The notes below the pieces were generated by a model. It was not told where the DNA came from and did no database searches. It saw only the letters and a program-made list of their open reading frames with translations. Made by a program: the position numbers and the translations under genes. Of a DNA stretch of 64,000 bases, positions 55,134-64,000 are shown piece after piece; positions within the stretch are counted from its first letter, which is position 1; each line of letters opens with the position of its first letter. The DNA is from Promethearchaeota archaeon Loki_b32 (GTDB lineage Archaea; Asgardarchaeota; Lokiarchaeia; Sigyniarchaeales; SOKP01), in the NCBI GenBank assembly GCA_005223125.1, contig NJBH01000001.1, forward strand, positions 45,935-109,934, read 5' to 3'.

Positions 55134-56507
55134 CTACAAATGCTTTTGAAGGTTTACAATCTTTTTTCCTAGTTTTTTAATTCTGGATTCATTCCCATTA
55201 AAGTCTTGGACGTCTTTTAGTATTTTTAAACATTGTTGATAATAGTTAATAGCATTAATGTAATCCTTTCTTTTCTCAGCTTTTTCTCCTGCTTTTAAGG
55301 CATAATCCAAATCTAATCCTTTAATCTTTTTATCAAGTTCTAAAACCAAGAACGATATCCTACCAATGTCTTCCTTGAAATCAAAACCAGTTGCTAAAAA
55401 GAGAGCTTTTTCATATTCTTTTTGTGCTTCCTTATATATTAAAGCTTTTTCAGCAGTTTCTCCTTTTTTAGTATAGGATTTAATAGCTTTACTAACTTCT
55501 TCTTCACTCATATATTTAGCTTTTTCTTTTAATTCATGTATAGCGTCATCATTAGCAATAATAGGGGAAATTAATTCGTTATTAGCAAGTCGAGTTGCTT
55601 CTGTTTCTTGAAATCTTAGAATATTATTTTCAGCAATCTCGATTGTAGTAGGAATTATAAAATTATTTTTTAAAAGTTGAGAAATTTCATAGAGGATAAC
55701 ATTCGCATCGATTTTAACGATTTTTTGAACTTCATCGATTAAATTGATGATAAAAAAGAATTGTTTTGAAGCCAATAATTGTTTAGCAAAATCTATAATA
55801 GCTTTTTGTATAGGGTTTTTTTTAATTCTTTCTAAGGTATCTGGTAAAAATATATGAGTTAAAGTCATCGGGAATACCAACATGATATTGAATGTATCAA
55901 TTATGAAATCAATAGTATCTTCGAAGTCAAGCTTTCGAGTACTAATAAATCTTTCTAGTTTACCCAAATATCTTGCTTCATATTCATTTAAAAATTCTGA
56001 TACAAGGATTTTCAAACTATCAGAAGCTTTATGATCTAATACCAAACAAATTCTAATGAATTCTCTATTTTTTAGTAAAATATTGAATGTCTCATATTGA
56101 AATTCATAAAAAGGATGGACTTTTCCATTACTTATCATACCATTTGAATTGCTGCCCGATTCGGAGAAAGTTATATTTGCCTGAATGAATCCCGTTAATA
56201 GTTGAGTATCTACACCTGCTCCTGAAATTGGATAATCTACTAATGGTAACCCCGAATCTTTAGCGATTAATAAAATGTGTTTAATATTTAGAACATCTAA
56301 AAACTTTTGCCAGTTTAAATCCTGAAACATCTGGGTCCGTCTTTCCTCAGAATCAATTATCGTAAATTTTAAATTTTGTTTAAGATCTAAACCAAATTTT
56401 TCAAGTTGAGCTTTAACACACTCTTTACAGTGATCTGGATATCTCTGACAATTATTTTTGTCAATTCCGCAATTAAACCCTACAGGACTAATCTGAAAAT
56501 ATACCAT
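55134..56507 (-). CDS. Multi-domain unknown protein: N-terminal Cys cluster + roadblock/longin-like module + helical middle + TPR-like C-terminus
   Basis: Contains 'GFNCGIDKNNCQRYPDHCKEC' and 'IKHILLIAKDSGLPLVDYPISGAGVDTQLLTGFIQANITF...FNILLKNREFIRICLVLD'. The C-terminal 'YKEAQKEYEKALFLA' / 'YINAINYYQQCLKIL' are TPR-like. Confidence 0.5.
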   Translation of the reverse strand: MVYFQISPVGFNCGIDKNNCQRYPDHCKECVKAQLEKFGLDLKQNLKFTIIDSEERRTQMFQDLNWQKFLDVLNIKHILLIAKDSGLPLVDYPISGAGVDTQLLTGFIQANITFSESGSNSNGMISNGKVHPFYEFQYETFNILLKNREFIRICLVLDHKASDSLKILVSEFLNEYEARYLGKLERFISTRKLDFEDTIDFIIDTFNIMLVFPMTLTHIFLPDTLERIKKNPIQKAIIDFAKQLLASKQFFFIINLIDEVQKIVKIDANVILYEISQLLKNNFIIPTTIEIAENNILRFQETEATRLANNELISPIIANDDAIHELKEKAKYMSEEEVSKAIKSYTKKGETAEKALIYKEAQKEYEKALFLATGFDFKEDIGRISFLVLELDKKIKGLDLDYALKAGEKAEKRKDYINAINYYQQCLKILKDVQDFNGNESRIKKLGKKIVNLQKHL

Positions 56508-56915
56508 TTAGAACCAATACTTCAATTTAATAATTTTAATTGTAATAATAAGTATTAAAAACATTTATGTTAATTTTTTCTTATCAACAATCTCTGCAAA
56601 TAATTATTATATTCATTCTTTTTATTGTTTTATACTCACTTTAGATTCTGTACTAATATAACGAAAAATTAAATGTCAAAAAAATGGAAGCAACTTTTCT
56701 ATTTAGAGAAATCATTGTAATAATACAATCTAGGAATAAACACTTTTTTTCTATAAGACTAAGAACAACTTGAGCAAAATCTGGTTTAATGTCGTCTTCA
56801 ATCACTAGTTCAGAAAGGAGAATGTATTTAATTCAGAAAAAATGAAAACTATTAATAGTAGATTTAAAAGAATTGGGAAAAAAAAAAATAAAGTTACTTA
56901 AATTGGATTTTTAAT

Positions 56916-57950
56916 TTACACTTGATACCTTTGATCAATAATAGTTTGAAATTGCATGTTTGAATGAGGTTGGTCTTGATAACCACCTCGTTTTGAAACA
57001 AGATAAAACTGTACCATAGATTTATTATATTCTAAAGTAATTCCTCGCCATTTATTATCATTCGAATTAAATTCTACAACATTTCCAAGTGCTACTCCTT
57101 TTCTTGCAGAGTAATCAAGGTTCAATCCTGCTAAAGTCTTTATAAGTTCATCATGGTATTCATTAACTTTACGTTGAGGTTTATCTTTAAATCTTAATGC
57201 TTCAATGGAGAAAGCTTTAATAATATCGTTGCTCATGGTATTCCATACTTCTTTGTTTGTATAAAATTCAATCCCAATAAACTCACCATTAATAAACACG
57301 GCAATTCCACACTGATTTTGTACTCTTTTAAAGTGTTTTACGAAATTTTCAGTTTGTTTTTCAGATTCTTTAGTTATCTCGAGATAACTTTGAGTTGGCG
57401 CAATTGATGATGCGTAATTCATCTCTACTCTATGTGATTGAATCTCATTCCACACCCCACTTTGGCCTGCAGCTGAAATGGCTTGATATGCTACATTAGG
57501 ATGAAGCCTTGTACTTGAAGATTTGAATCCACGACTTTTGCTATAGTTCCACCTCGATTGTTCCACACATTTAGCAGGTATAGTATATTTTTGTTTATTT
57601 GTTCCAGGATTTTCACTGACTATGCTTTGTTTTCCTCCAACAGGTAATAATATTGGCTCCCAGATTGTTCTATCCTGTTTTCCCCCGCGAACTGTCATTC
57701 CGAATGGAATTAATATTTGTTTATCACTTTTATTTACAACTTCCAATTGACCAACTGTTTCAGTTTCAATAATCTCGATTAATTCTAATTCTTCTGCTTC
57801 CTTTATACTGATATAATCAATAAATTTTTCGTCTTGAACGATGAGTGGAATAACTGTCATGTTTTTATAAACTTGAGGAGTATCTAATTTAAGATAACTT
57901 AAAGGATTTTTAAATAAGGTCTTTACAATTTGGATACTTTCATTTTTCAA
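56916..57950 (-). CDS. DUF6569-like protein
   Basis: 'LDTPQVYKNMTVIPLI...YISIKEAEELELIEIIETETVGQLEVVNKSDKQILIPFGMTVRGGKQDRTI...IPAKCVEQSRWNY' matches my recollection of DUF6569. It has a TTG start 2 nt after the upstream stop. Confidence 0.5.
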   Translation of the reverse strand: MKNESIQIVKTLFKNPLSYLKLDTPQVYKNMTVIPLIVQDEKFIDYISIKEAEELELIEIIETETVGQLEVVNKSDKQILIPFGMTVRGGKQDRTIWEPILLPVGGKQSIVSENPGTNKQKYTIPAKCVEQSRWNYSKSRGFKSSSTRLHPNVAYQAISAAGQSGVWNEIQSHRVEMNYASSIAPTQSYLEITKESEKQTENFVKHFKRVQNQCGIAVFINGEFIGIEFYTNKEVWNTMSNDIIKAFSIEALRFKDKPQRKVNEYHDELIKTLAGLNLDYSARKGVALGNVVEFNSNDNKWRGITLEYNKSMVQFYLVSKRGGYQDQPHSNMQFQTIIDQRYQV

Positions 57951-57952
57951 AC

Positions 57953-58399
57953 TTAATCATCCTCTTTTTTTTCATTTTCATTTTTTATACGTTTATTTTT
58001 TTCAGGCAAATTTTCTTCATAAAGCGGACTTATAAACTGATTTACTATATCTTTTCCATTTTTAGTAAGCTCTACTCCTTGAATGACTTTTAATTTTCCA
58101 CTTTTACTTATTCCATTAATCCTAACACCTTTTCCTTTTGGTACTTCAGTTTCAGAGAATTCTTTCTTATGAGTTTTTACTAATCCACCCTTCTTTAGAG
58201 CATTTAAATGATAGTTTATATTTTGTCTATCAACCCCAATGTTTTTAGCGATCTGAGCAGGAATCTCTGGGCTTTCCGAAAGTTGCTGTAATATATCAGC
58301 CCTTACAGGGCTTCGAAATACAAGTCCTACTTTTTCAAAAATCGGTTTTTTCTTCTCTTTTTCTTCCTTTTTTGCCATAAATTTCACGTTTTTTTGCAA
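57953..58399 (-). CDS. ArsR-like winged-helix transcription regulator
   Basis: Contains 'SPVRADILQQLSESPEIPAQIAKNIGVDRQNINYHLNALKKGGLV'. Confidence 0.75.
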   Translation of the reverse strand: MQKNVKFMAKKEEKEKKKPIFEKVGLVFRSPVRADILQQLSESPEIPAQIAKNIGVDRQNINYHLNALKKGGLVKTHKKEFSETEVPKGKGVRINGISKSGKLKVIQGVELTKNGKDIVNQFISPLYEENLPEKNKRIKNENEKKEDD

Positions 58400-58508
58400 A
58401 ATAAAATTATACAGTAAAAAAAGTTTTTACTGTAAAAATTGTATAATCATTTTCATATATAAATGTTCCTACTTTTGTTAAATTTAAACTATAGAGGAAT
58501 GTATACAT

Positions 58509-59396
58509 TTGGATTTAGAAATCTTTACTATTACAACTGCTGTTATATTATGTGGCTTAGCAATAATTCATGCAATATTTGATGGATCTTCTAATCGTAT
58601 TCAACGATTATTAATGCTGGCAACTCTATTTATATACGGTATTTTCCTAGAATATATAGGAATTATGTCAGGACATCATTATTATGCAGAAGAAACCGTT
58701 ATGTTTTTTGAGGTGGTGCCTTTATCAATTCCACTAGCATGGGTGGGAATCATTTATAGTGCAATGATTATTGCTGAACACTTAAAATTATCTCTATGGA
58801 TGCGTATTCTAACGACGACTTTCATTGCTCTTAGCTTAGATTGGGGCATGGATCCTATTTCAGTAGATTTAGGTCTATGGACTTGGACACACGAAGGCGG
58901 TTCTTTTTTTGGAATACCCAGCTTTAATTTTACTGGTTGGTTTTTAATACCGATTGCATTTTTAATACCATATAATTTAAACTGGAGTACTGAAAAGAAA
59001 AGATTAAGAATTTTGACTATTCGGGAAATCGATAATAATGATTCAATGAATCGAAAAATCTACACTCTTTTTCTAGTAGTTCCATTAGGTTTAATATTAA
59101 TGATGGGGATCGGATCTATAACTTTAGTACCATTTTTTTATAACTTACCATTAGTAATTGTTATTATCTTTGAATTTCTAACAATACTTATTGCTTCATT
59201 CATGATTATCTTCAACTTCCAGAATCTAAAACGTGTGAATTGGTATGACTTGATACCTCCAATTGTTCTAATATATGTTGCCTATAGTCACATTTTATTA
59301 GGTTTTTTCACAGGTCAAATTGTTTTAAGTATACATATGATCCTAACAACATTCCCATTAGTATTAGCATTAATCTTCACTCTGTGGAAAAGGTAA
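58509..59396 (+). CDS. Carotenoid-biosynthesis-type membrane protein (DUF422 family)
   Basis: 'LDWGMDPISVDLGLWTWTHEGGSFFGIPSFNFTGWFL' is the family signature. About 8 TM helices and a TTG start. Confidence 0.7.
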   Translation: MDLEIFTITTAVILCGLAIIHAIFDGSSNRIQRLLMLATLFIYGIFLEYIGIMSGHHYYAEETVMFFEVVPLSIPLAWVGIIYSAMIIAEHLKLSLWMRILTTTFIALSLDWGMDPISVDLGLWTWTHEGGSFFGIPSFNFTGWFLIPIAFLIPYNLNWSTEKKRLRILTIREIDNNDSMNRKIYTLFLVVPLGLILMMGIGSITLVPFFYNLPLVIVIIFEFLTILIASFMIIFNFQNLKRVNWYDLIPPIVLIYVAYSHILLGFFTGQIVLSIHMILTTFPLVLALIFTLWKR

Positions 59397-59541
59397 TAAT
59401 TGAAAATTCTTATCAATCAAAGGAAAAGAATAATAAAAAGTTAGTTATATAGTATTGAGTATTAAAAAATATAAGAAAATGATTGATAAATTAGATTCTT
59501 TGATTAACACTATGGATTAATAAACTTAAACATTCGAAGAT

Positions 59542-60969
59542 TTAACTTTGTATTTCAATTGCTTTATAATTATCAGTTGATTCTTTTCCACGTTCTATGT
59601 AAAAGAATTTGCTTGTTTCAGGGTTGAATTTTTCTTTTAAGATACTAAGTGCTTCTAATCCCTTTTGAAACTCATCACAAATAAAAAAGTCTATACTTGC
59701 ATATCCATGTTCTGGCCAAGTGTGAAGTGCTGCGTGGCTAGTTTCTAATATTGCTGCTACACTGTAGCCAAATGGATGATAATTATGATTATAAATATCA
59801 ATAACTTTCAGTTTTGCAGAAGTAAGTGAATCTAGAAATGCTTGAAATATAGTTTTATTATCCATGAGTATCTCTTTAGAAGTAAACCGCATTTCTCCAG
59901 TGAAGTGATATCCAATAGGGCGAAAAGTTAATTCTCTCCCATTTTTTAATTCAGAAGTATAGAGAGGCTGTGATTCATAGGTATAATTAGAGGGCGTGTT
60001 TGTAGTTATAACCGATTGTAGATAATAAAGATGGCTAAATTGCCCTATAATACTTGCTCCTGCGTAATGGTTAAAATTAGGAAGCATCTCTTTAACAATA
60101 AATCCATGATCTAATATTGATAATTGTACTTTTAATGTTTCTTCGGGAGGTTTATTTCCAAAACATAAAAAGCATTTTTTACCTATTACTGGATACAGTT
60201 TTCCTTTAATAGTAATGTTAGATTTAAGAACTTCTCTAGCTCTTTTTAAAAATAAGCGTAAGCCTTCATTAGTATAGGGGGGATCCATAACAACAATATC
60301 ATAATTATTTTGTATTTCTTTAGGACATGGATTCCTTAAATCATGGTGTATAATATTAAAATTTATTAATGATTTATCTAATGCTACTTTTGAAAGAAAG
60401 TCTAAAATTCGCTCATCGACATCCAAAACAGTGATTTCTTTTGCTAATCCAGTTAAAGCGACTGCGATTGACGTTGCATCATCATCACCAAGGAATATAA
60501 TTTTCCTTCCTTCAATCTCTCCCCTTTTAAGCAAATAAAAAGTACGTTTTAAAATTGTTAGTAAATTTGCATGAGATTGATCTAAAGCATATTCTGCTTT
60601 TGGACGATCATTTAAATATGTTTGTATTTCCTTTAGATAAGAAAATTCTTGTGGTATCTCGTCTAAAGTAAAATTAAACGTATTAGGAAAAGGATCGTAA
60701 TCGAGAACCAAATTTAAATTACTTTCCACCCATTTTTTTCCTTTTTCACCAAGAAATTTTTTATCAGCTATAATATCTGCTTTAACTAGCTCTCCCCTTG
60801 CTGCTGCTAGAGCAGGAATAGCGATTCCAGTTTTTTGAGCTACTTTTTTATTTTTAAGTATGGGAAAGCGATACATAATTAAAAGAATTGATCTAATTCC
60901 TTCCATACCTTCAGCTAATTGTGCTTTACTAGCTATTTTTGTAAGTATTTCTTCGGTTTCTGTATCCAT
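59542..60969 (-). CDS. Fusion: BpsA-like aminopropyltransferase (DUF43) + pyruvoyl S-adenosylmethionine decarboxylase (SpeH-type)
   Basis: The N-terminal/middle part, 'IIFLGDDDATSIAVALTGLAKEITVLDVDERILDFL...YDIVVMDPPYTNEGLRLFLKRA', is the BpsA/DUF43 core. The C-terminal 'GYSVAAILETSHAALHTWPEHGYASIDFFICD' is the AdoMetDC class 1 self-cleavage (E-S) and core motif. Confidence 0.75.
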   Translation of the reverse strand: MDTETEEILTKIASKAQLAEGMEGIRSILLIMYRFPILKNKKVAQKTGIAIPALAAARGELVKADIIADKKFLGEKGKKWVESNLNLVLDYDPFPNTFNFTLDEIPQEFSYLKEIQTYLNDRPKAEYALDQSHANLLTILKRTFYLLKRGEIEGRKIIFLGDDDATSIAVALTGLAKEITVLDVDERILDFLSKVALDKSLINFNIIHHDLRNPCPKEIQNNYDIVVMDPPYTNEGLRLFLKRAREVLKSNITIKGKLYPVIGKKCFLCFGNKPPEETLKVQLSILDHGFIVKEMLPNFNHYAGASIIGQFSHLYYLQSVITTNTPSNYTYESQPLYTSELKNGRELTFRPIGYHFTGEMRFTSKEILMDNKTIFQAFLDSLTSAKLKVIDIYNHNYHPFGYSVAAILETSHAALHTWPEHGYASIDFFICDEFQKGLEALSILKEKFNPETSKFFYIERGKESTDNYKAIEIQS

Positions 60970-61233
60970 GATCTTATCGTTATAGTATCAAAAACAGCTT
61001 TTTTTGATTAACTCTAATAAAATTTAGCATAGAATCGTTAATAATGTTTTCTTTTATTTATTAGCACTTTTCACCTATTTTGGTAATTCCATAAATAGCT
61101 GGTTAAAGGATAAAAGAATTTAGTTTAGAATTAATAAAATACGAATAAACTTCGCTTGAATTACAAGATTAAGTTTATAAATTGTACGATCTAATTTATC
61201 ATAGAATTAAAATCTATTTTAAACAAAAAGAAT

Positions 61234-62067
61234 ATGAATGATTCTAATAATATCGGACATTATGAGATTTCCGATTTTCCTAAAGCTAGAATCCCGATTT
61301 CAGACTTCCTTGCATTAGGAGATAATAAGCATTATGTGAAAGGATTAATTGAATTTGATGTGACAGAAGGAAGAAATAAAATTCGAGAACATGAGAAGAA
61401 TACAGGAGAAAAAATATCTTTTACAGCTTGGCTTTGTAAGTGTATTGGACAAGCAGCAAGTGAATTCAAGGAAGTCCATTCTATGATGATGGGAAAGAAT
61501 AAAATTATCAAATTTGATGATGTTGATATTTCTATAACAGTTGAGAAAACTGTTAATGGTAACAAGTCTCCAATGCCACTTGTTATTAGAAAAACGAATA
61601 ATAAGACGATTAAACAGATCAATGACGAAGTAAGAGCTGCACAATCTGAAGAAGTAAGTGGAGCAGCAGTGTTAGGTACTCATGATCTAAAGAAGAAAAT
61701 GAAATATTATCTTTCTCTCCCAAAATTTATTAGGAAATTTTTGATAAAGCGTAGATTAAAAGATCCAATTAAAGTCAAACAAATTATGGGAACAATTATC
61801 GTTACCTCTGTTGGGATGTTTGGGAACCTTTATGGATGGCTAATTCCTACTACATTTCACCCATTAGCATTTGGAATAGGCGGAATCACAAAAAAACCAG
61901 GAGTTATTGAGGAAAAAATTGAAATTCGGGAATTTTTAGCAATAACAGTTTTATTCAATCATGATGTTGTTGATGGAGCTCCAGCAACACGATTCATTTC
62001 TCGATTGGGAGAATTAATAGAGACAGGGTTTGGACTCCTTAACTTAGAATCTTTTATTTTCTTTTAA
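61234..62067 (+). CDS. 2-oxoacid dehydrogenase acyltransferase, catalytic domain only
   Basis: 'TVLFNHDVVDGAPATRFISRLGELIE' is a DHRxxDG-type active-site motif with His retained. No lipoyl or subunit-binding domain lies upstream. Confidence 0.7.
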   Translation: MNDSNNIGHYEISDFPKARIPISDFLALGDNKHYVKGLIEFDVTEGRNKIREHEKNTGEKISFTAWLCKCIGQAASEFKEVHSMMMGKNKIIKFDDVDISITVEKTVNGNKSPMPLVIRKTNNKTIKQINDEVRAAQSEEVSGAAVLGTHDLKKKMKYYLSLPKFIRKFLIKRRLKDPIKVKQIMGTIIVTSVGMFGNLYGWLIPTTFHPLAFGIGGITKKPGVIEEKIEIREFLAITVLFNHDVVDGAPATRFISRLGELIETGFGLLNLESFIFF

Positions 62068-62116
62068 TCCCTTTGAATTACTGAAGGGTTTCTAAAAAAA
62101 TTGGAATTTTATTCTA

Positions 62117-63115
62117 TCAAAAATCAATATCTTGCCCTATTCCATCTTTTAATGCACGGTCGTAAACTAATTTTCCAACAGCGACGTCTTGTGCACTTAT
62201 TCCAACAGATTTAAAAATTGTAATTTCTGAATCTGATGTACGTCCTGAGATATTTCCATTAATTATTCCTCCTATTGAAATTATATCGTTTTCCCTTATA
62301 ACTCCTTCATTAATAGGGATTATATAATCACCAGCTTCCGCCAGACAAGCTTCTTTCAATCCTGCTGTAAGCAATGAAGCTCTTTTAATTATGACAGAAT
62401 CCAATTCGCGAGCTTCTGGTGCATGGGCCCCTATAGATGAGATATGAGTTCCCTCAGATACTTTGTCTCCCGAAAATAAAGGTGTGGTACTAGTAGTTGC
62501 TGCTACAATTATATCTGTGTCCGTAAGAAGATCATCTCCTGAATTTACAATTTCAATTTCAATCCCTAATTCATTTTCCAGTTCTTTTTTGAAACCGTCA
62601 GCAACCTCTTTCTTCAAGTCATATACTTTGCATTTTTCTAATTTTTCATTTAATCCCCAAAAGACAGCAGATACTTGCTTTCTTGCTTGAACTCCCGCAC
62701 TATAAATACCCATTGTAGTACTATTTTTTCTAGCTAGATATTTAACTGAAACACCCGTAGCTGCCCCAGTTCTCATAGCAGTTATTAAACTTCCATCCAT
62801 AATTCCAACGATGTCACCAGTGTTGATATCTTGAACCATTACTTTCGCTAAAACTGTAGGCATATTATACCTATCGGGATTTTGTTTATAGACGGATACG
62901 ATTTTAGTAGCTAGAGCATTCATTTCCCCTCCAATTATACCAGGCATTATTAAGGTTAACCCGGGGGCAGGATCTGTTATTGCTATTCGTTGAGGGACTA
63001 ATGCGTTTCCTAAAGATAATTGTTTGTAAGCTTCTTCTACGTATTCTAAAGCATCTGGCATAGTTAATAGCTGAGTGACATTTTCTTTTGTTAATATTCT
63101 TACCATTTTTACCAA
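62117..63115 (-). CDS. Ornithine cyclodeaminase / mu-crystallin family protein (archaeal alanine-dehydrogenase-like)
   Basis: Contains 'ALVPQRIAI', 'TAMRTGAATGVSVKYLARK', 'GIYSAGVQAR' and 'ISSIGAHAPEARELD'. Confidence 0.8.
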   Translation of the reverse strand: MVKMVRILTKENVTQLLTMPDALEYVEEAYKQLSLGNALVPQRIAITDPAPGLTLIMPGIIGGEMNALATKIVSVYKQNPDRYNMPTVLAKVMVQDINTGDIVGIMDGSLITAMRTGAATGVSVKYLARKNSTTMGIYSAGVQARKQVSAVFWGLNEKLEKCKVYDLKKEVADGFKKELENELGIEIEIVNSGDDLLTDTDIIVAATTSTTPLFSGDKVSEGTHISSIGAHAPEARELDSVIIKRASLLTAGLKEACLAEAGDYIIPINEGVIRENDIISIGGIINGNISGRTSDSEITIFKSVGISAQDVAVGKLVYDRALKDGIGQDIDF

Positions 63116-63228
63116 TTCAGCTCTAATTTAAAATATACTAATATTTTATATATAAAATTATGAATTTCAAATGAATTTAAATATAAATATATTGTAAGAA
63201 AGAAGAAGAATAAACCACAAATTTTAAG

Positions 63229-63606
63229 ATGCCTGACTTTGAGAATATAATGAAAAACAATGAGCTTTCAGAGGTAACTGCTAATTTCTTTGTATTATAT
63301 AAAGATGAAGAGACTTGGTTTAATGGTTGGGTTTCATTAGAGCCTTCTCTTGAAGAATTCATTTCTACAATTCGAGACGAGATTGAATATTCATGGGATT
63401 TAGAAAATATTGATATAGAAGATTATTTAATTTTCCATATTGATATTGAGGATAAAAATAACATGAAAGAAATAAAAGAAGATCAATATTATCAATGGGT
63501 TATGCAATTTGAAGAGATTTTCATTGTAGTTTTACATAAAGATATAAAGTATCGAATAATAGAAAATATCCCACCTGTATTCGAATGGTTTATGGGGACA
63601 ATATAA
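63229..63606 (+). CDS. Acidic hypothetical protein
   Basis: 125-aa ORF with no motif recognised. Confidence 0.35.
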   Translation: MPDFENIMKNNELSEVTANFFVLYKDEETWFNGWVSLEPSLEEFISTIRDEIEYSWDLENIDIEDYLIFHIDIEDKNNMKEIKEDQYYQWVMQFEEIFIVVLHKDIKYRIIENIPPVFEWFMGTI

Positions 63607-63621
63607 AATGAGGTTGTAATT

Positions 63622-64000
63622 TTGAATTCATTGTATATTCTCTTAATAATTATCGGAATTAATATGGTAATAATTCTCATCTATAGCTTACCTCGAAAGA
63701 AGAATTTAAGAGAACCGAGTATGGAAGGTCTTGATAGTCCAGAGGTTGCAGCAGCATTCGAAAAAGTGACAAATTTATTACCATTTAAACTCTTACATAG
63801 AAAAGTGTTATCTCAATTAAAACTATATAACCTTAAGGATAGTTTACTTGATGTAGGTTGCGGTCCCGGGAATTTAATTATTCAAGTTGCTAAGAAATAT
63901 CCAAGTCTAGATTTAATTGGAGTTGACTTATCATCTGAAATTCTTGAATTAGCTAAGAAGAAAGCAGTTGAAAATAACTTAAATGAGAAAATTGTTTTTA
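63622..64000 (+). CDS. Class I SAM-dependent methyltransferase with N-terminal TM helix; 3' end outside window
   Basis: The frame is open from a TTG at 63622 to the window edge. Contains 'LYILLIIIGINMVIILIY' (TM) and SAM motif I 'LLDVGCGPGNL...IGVDLS'. Confidence 0.7.
   Translation, partial: MNSLYILLIIIGINMVIILIYSLPRKKNLREPSMEGLDSPEVAAAFEKVTNLLPFKLLHRKVLSQLKLYNLKDSLLDVGCGPGNLIIQVAKKYPSLDLIGVDLSSEILELAKKKAVENNLNEKIVF

Noticed and set aside
61332-61644. Two overlapping minus-strand ORFs inside the E2-catalytic-domain gene.
   Set aside because: The plus-strand gene has a clear family signature, and the antisense ORFs have none.
1-64000. Looked for rRNA, tRNA, CRISPR arrays, transposases, integrases and prophage genes.
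   Set aside because: No GC-rich cloverleaf-sized islands in intergenic DNA, no regularly spaced direct repeats, and no DDE/tyrosine-recombinase/terminase-like ORFs were recognisable by eye. tRNAscan/Infernal could still find small RNAs I cannot see.

Overview
This is a 64-kb AT-rich archaeal chromosomal segment. Two hand-counted 120-nt samples gave about 28% GC in ordinary sequence and about 47% in one anomalous gene. I can support roughly 65 protein genes and about ten gene remnants. I saw no rRNA, tRNA, CRISPR array, transposase or integrase by eye.

The gene content suggests an Asgard (Lokiarchaeia-like) archaeon, but that placement is inference only. The relevant genes are a Ras-superfamily GTPase-like protein with a long unknown tail, a Roadblock/LC7 protein, several longin/roadblock-like modules, LRR+GTPase debris, a PGF-CTERM surface protein with an archaeosortase-like gene, IorAB, and a BpsA-type polyamine enzyme.

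- **1-19 kb, patchwork accessory DNA.** It holds four PIN toxin-antitoxin pairs and many decayed genes. It also has nested duplications: the GTPase 3' end, three acyl-CoA dehydrogenase pieces, and two FCS/TRASH zinc-finger genes bracketing a GC-rich hexulose-phosphate-synthase gene.
- **19-29 kb, cell-surface block.** It holds a membrane-anchored protein with 25 Cys in a 64-residue CxC array. It also holds two divergent giant adhesin-like genes, each interrupted by a single in-frame TAA.
- **31-64 kb, mostly metabolism.** Genes include an acyl-CoA ligase, two ACADs, a FixC-FixX fusion, MsrA/MsrB, IOR, and a PLP-decarboxylase/URO-D/ACAD operon. Uncharacterised signalling-type proteins are interspersed.

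The best candidates for something new are:
- the scattered set of degenerate GTPase plus Roadblock plus longin-like modules, including fusions to MEDS and a pairing with a membrane EEP phosphoesterase;
- the CxC-array surface protein and its co-directional neighbours;
- a BpsA-AdoMetDC fusion enzyme.

All family assignments come from motif recognition by eye. No database search was run.
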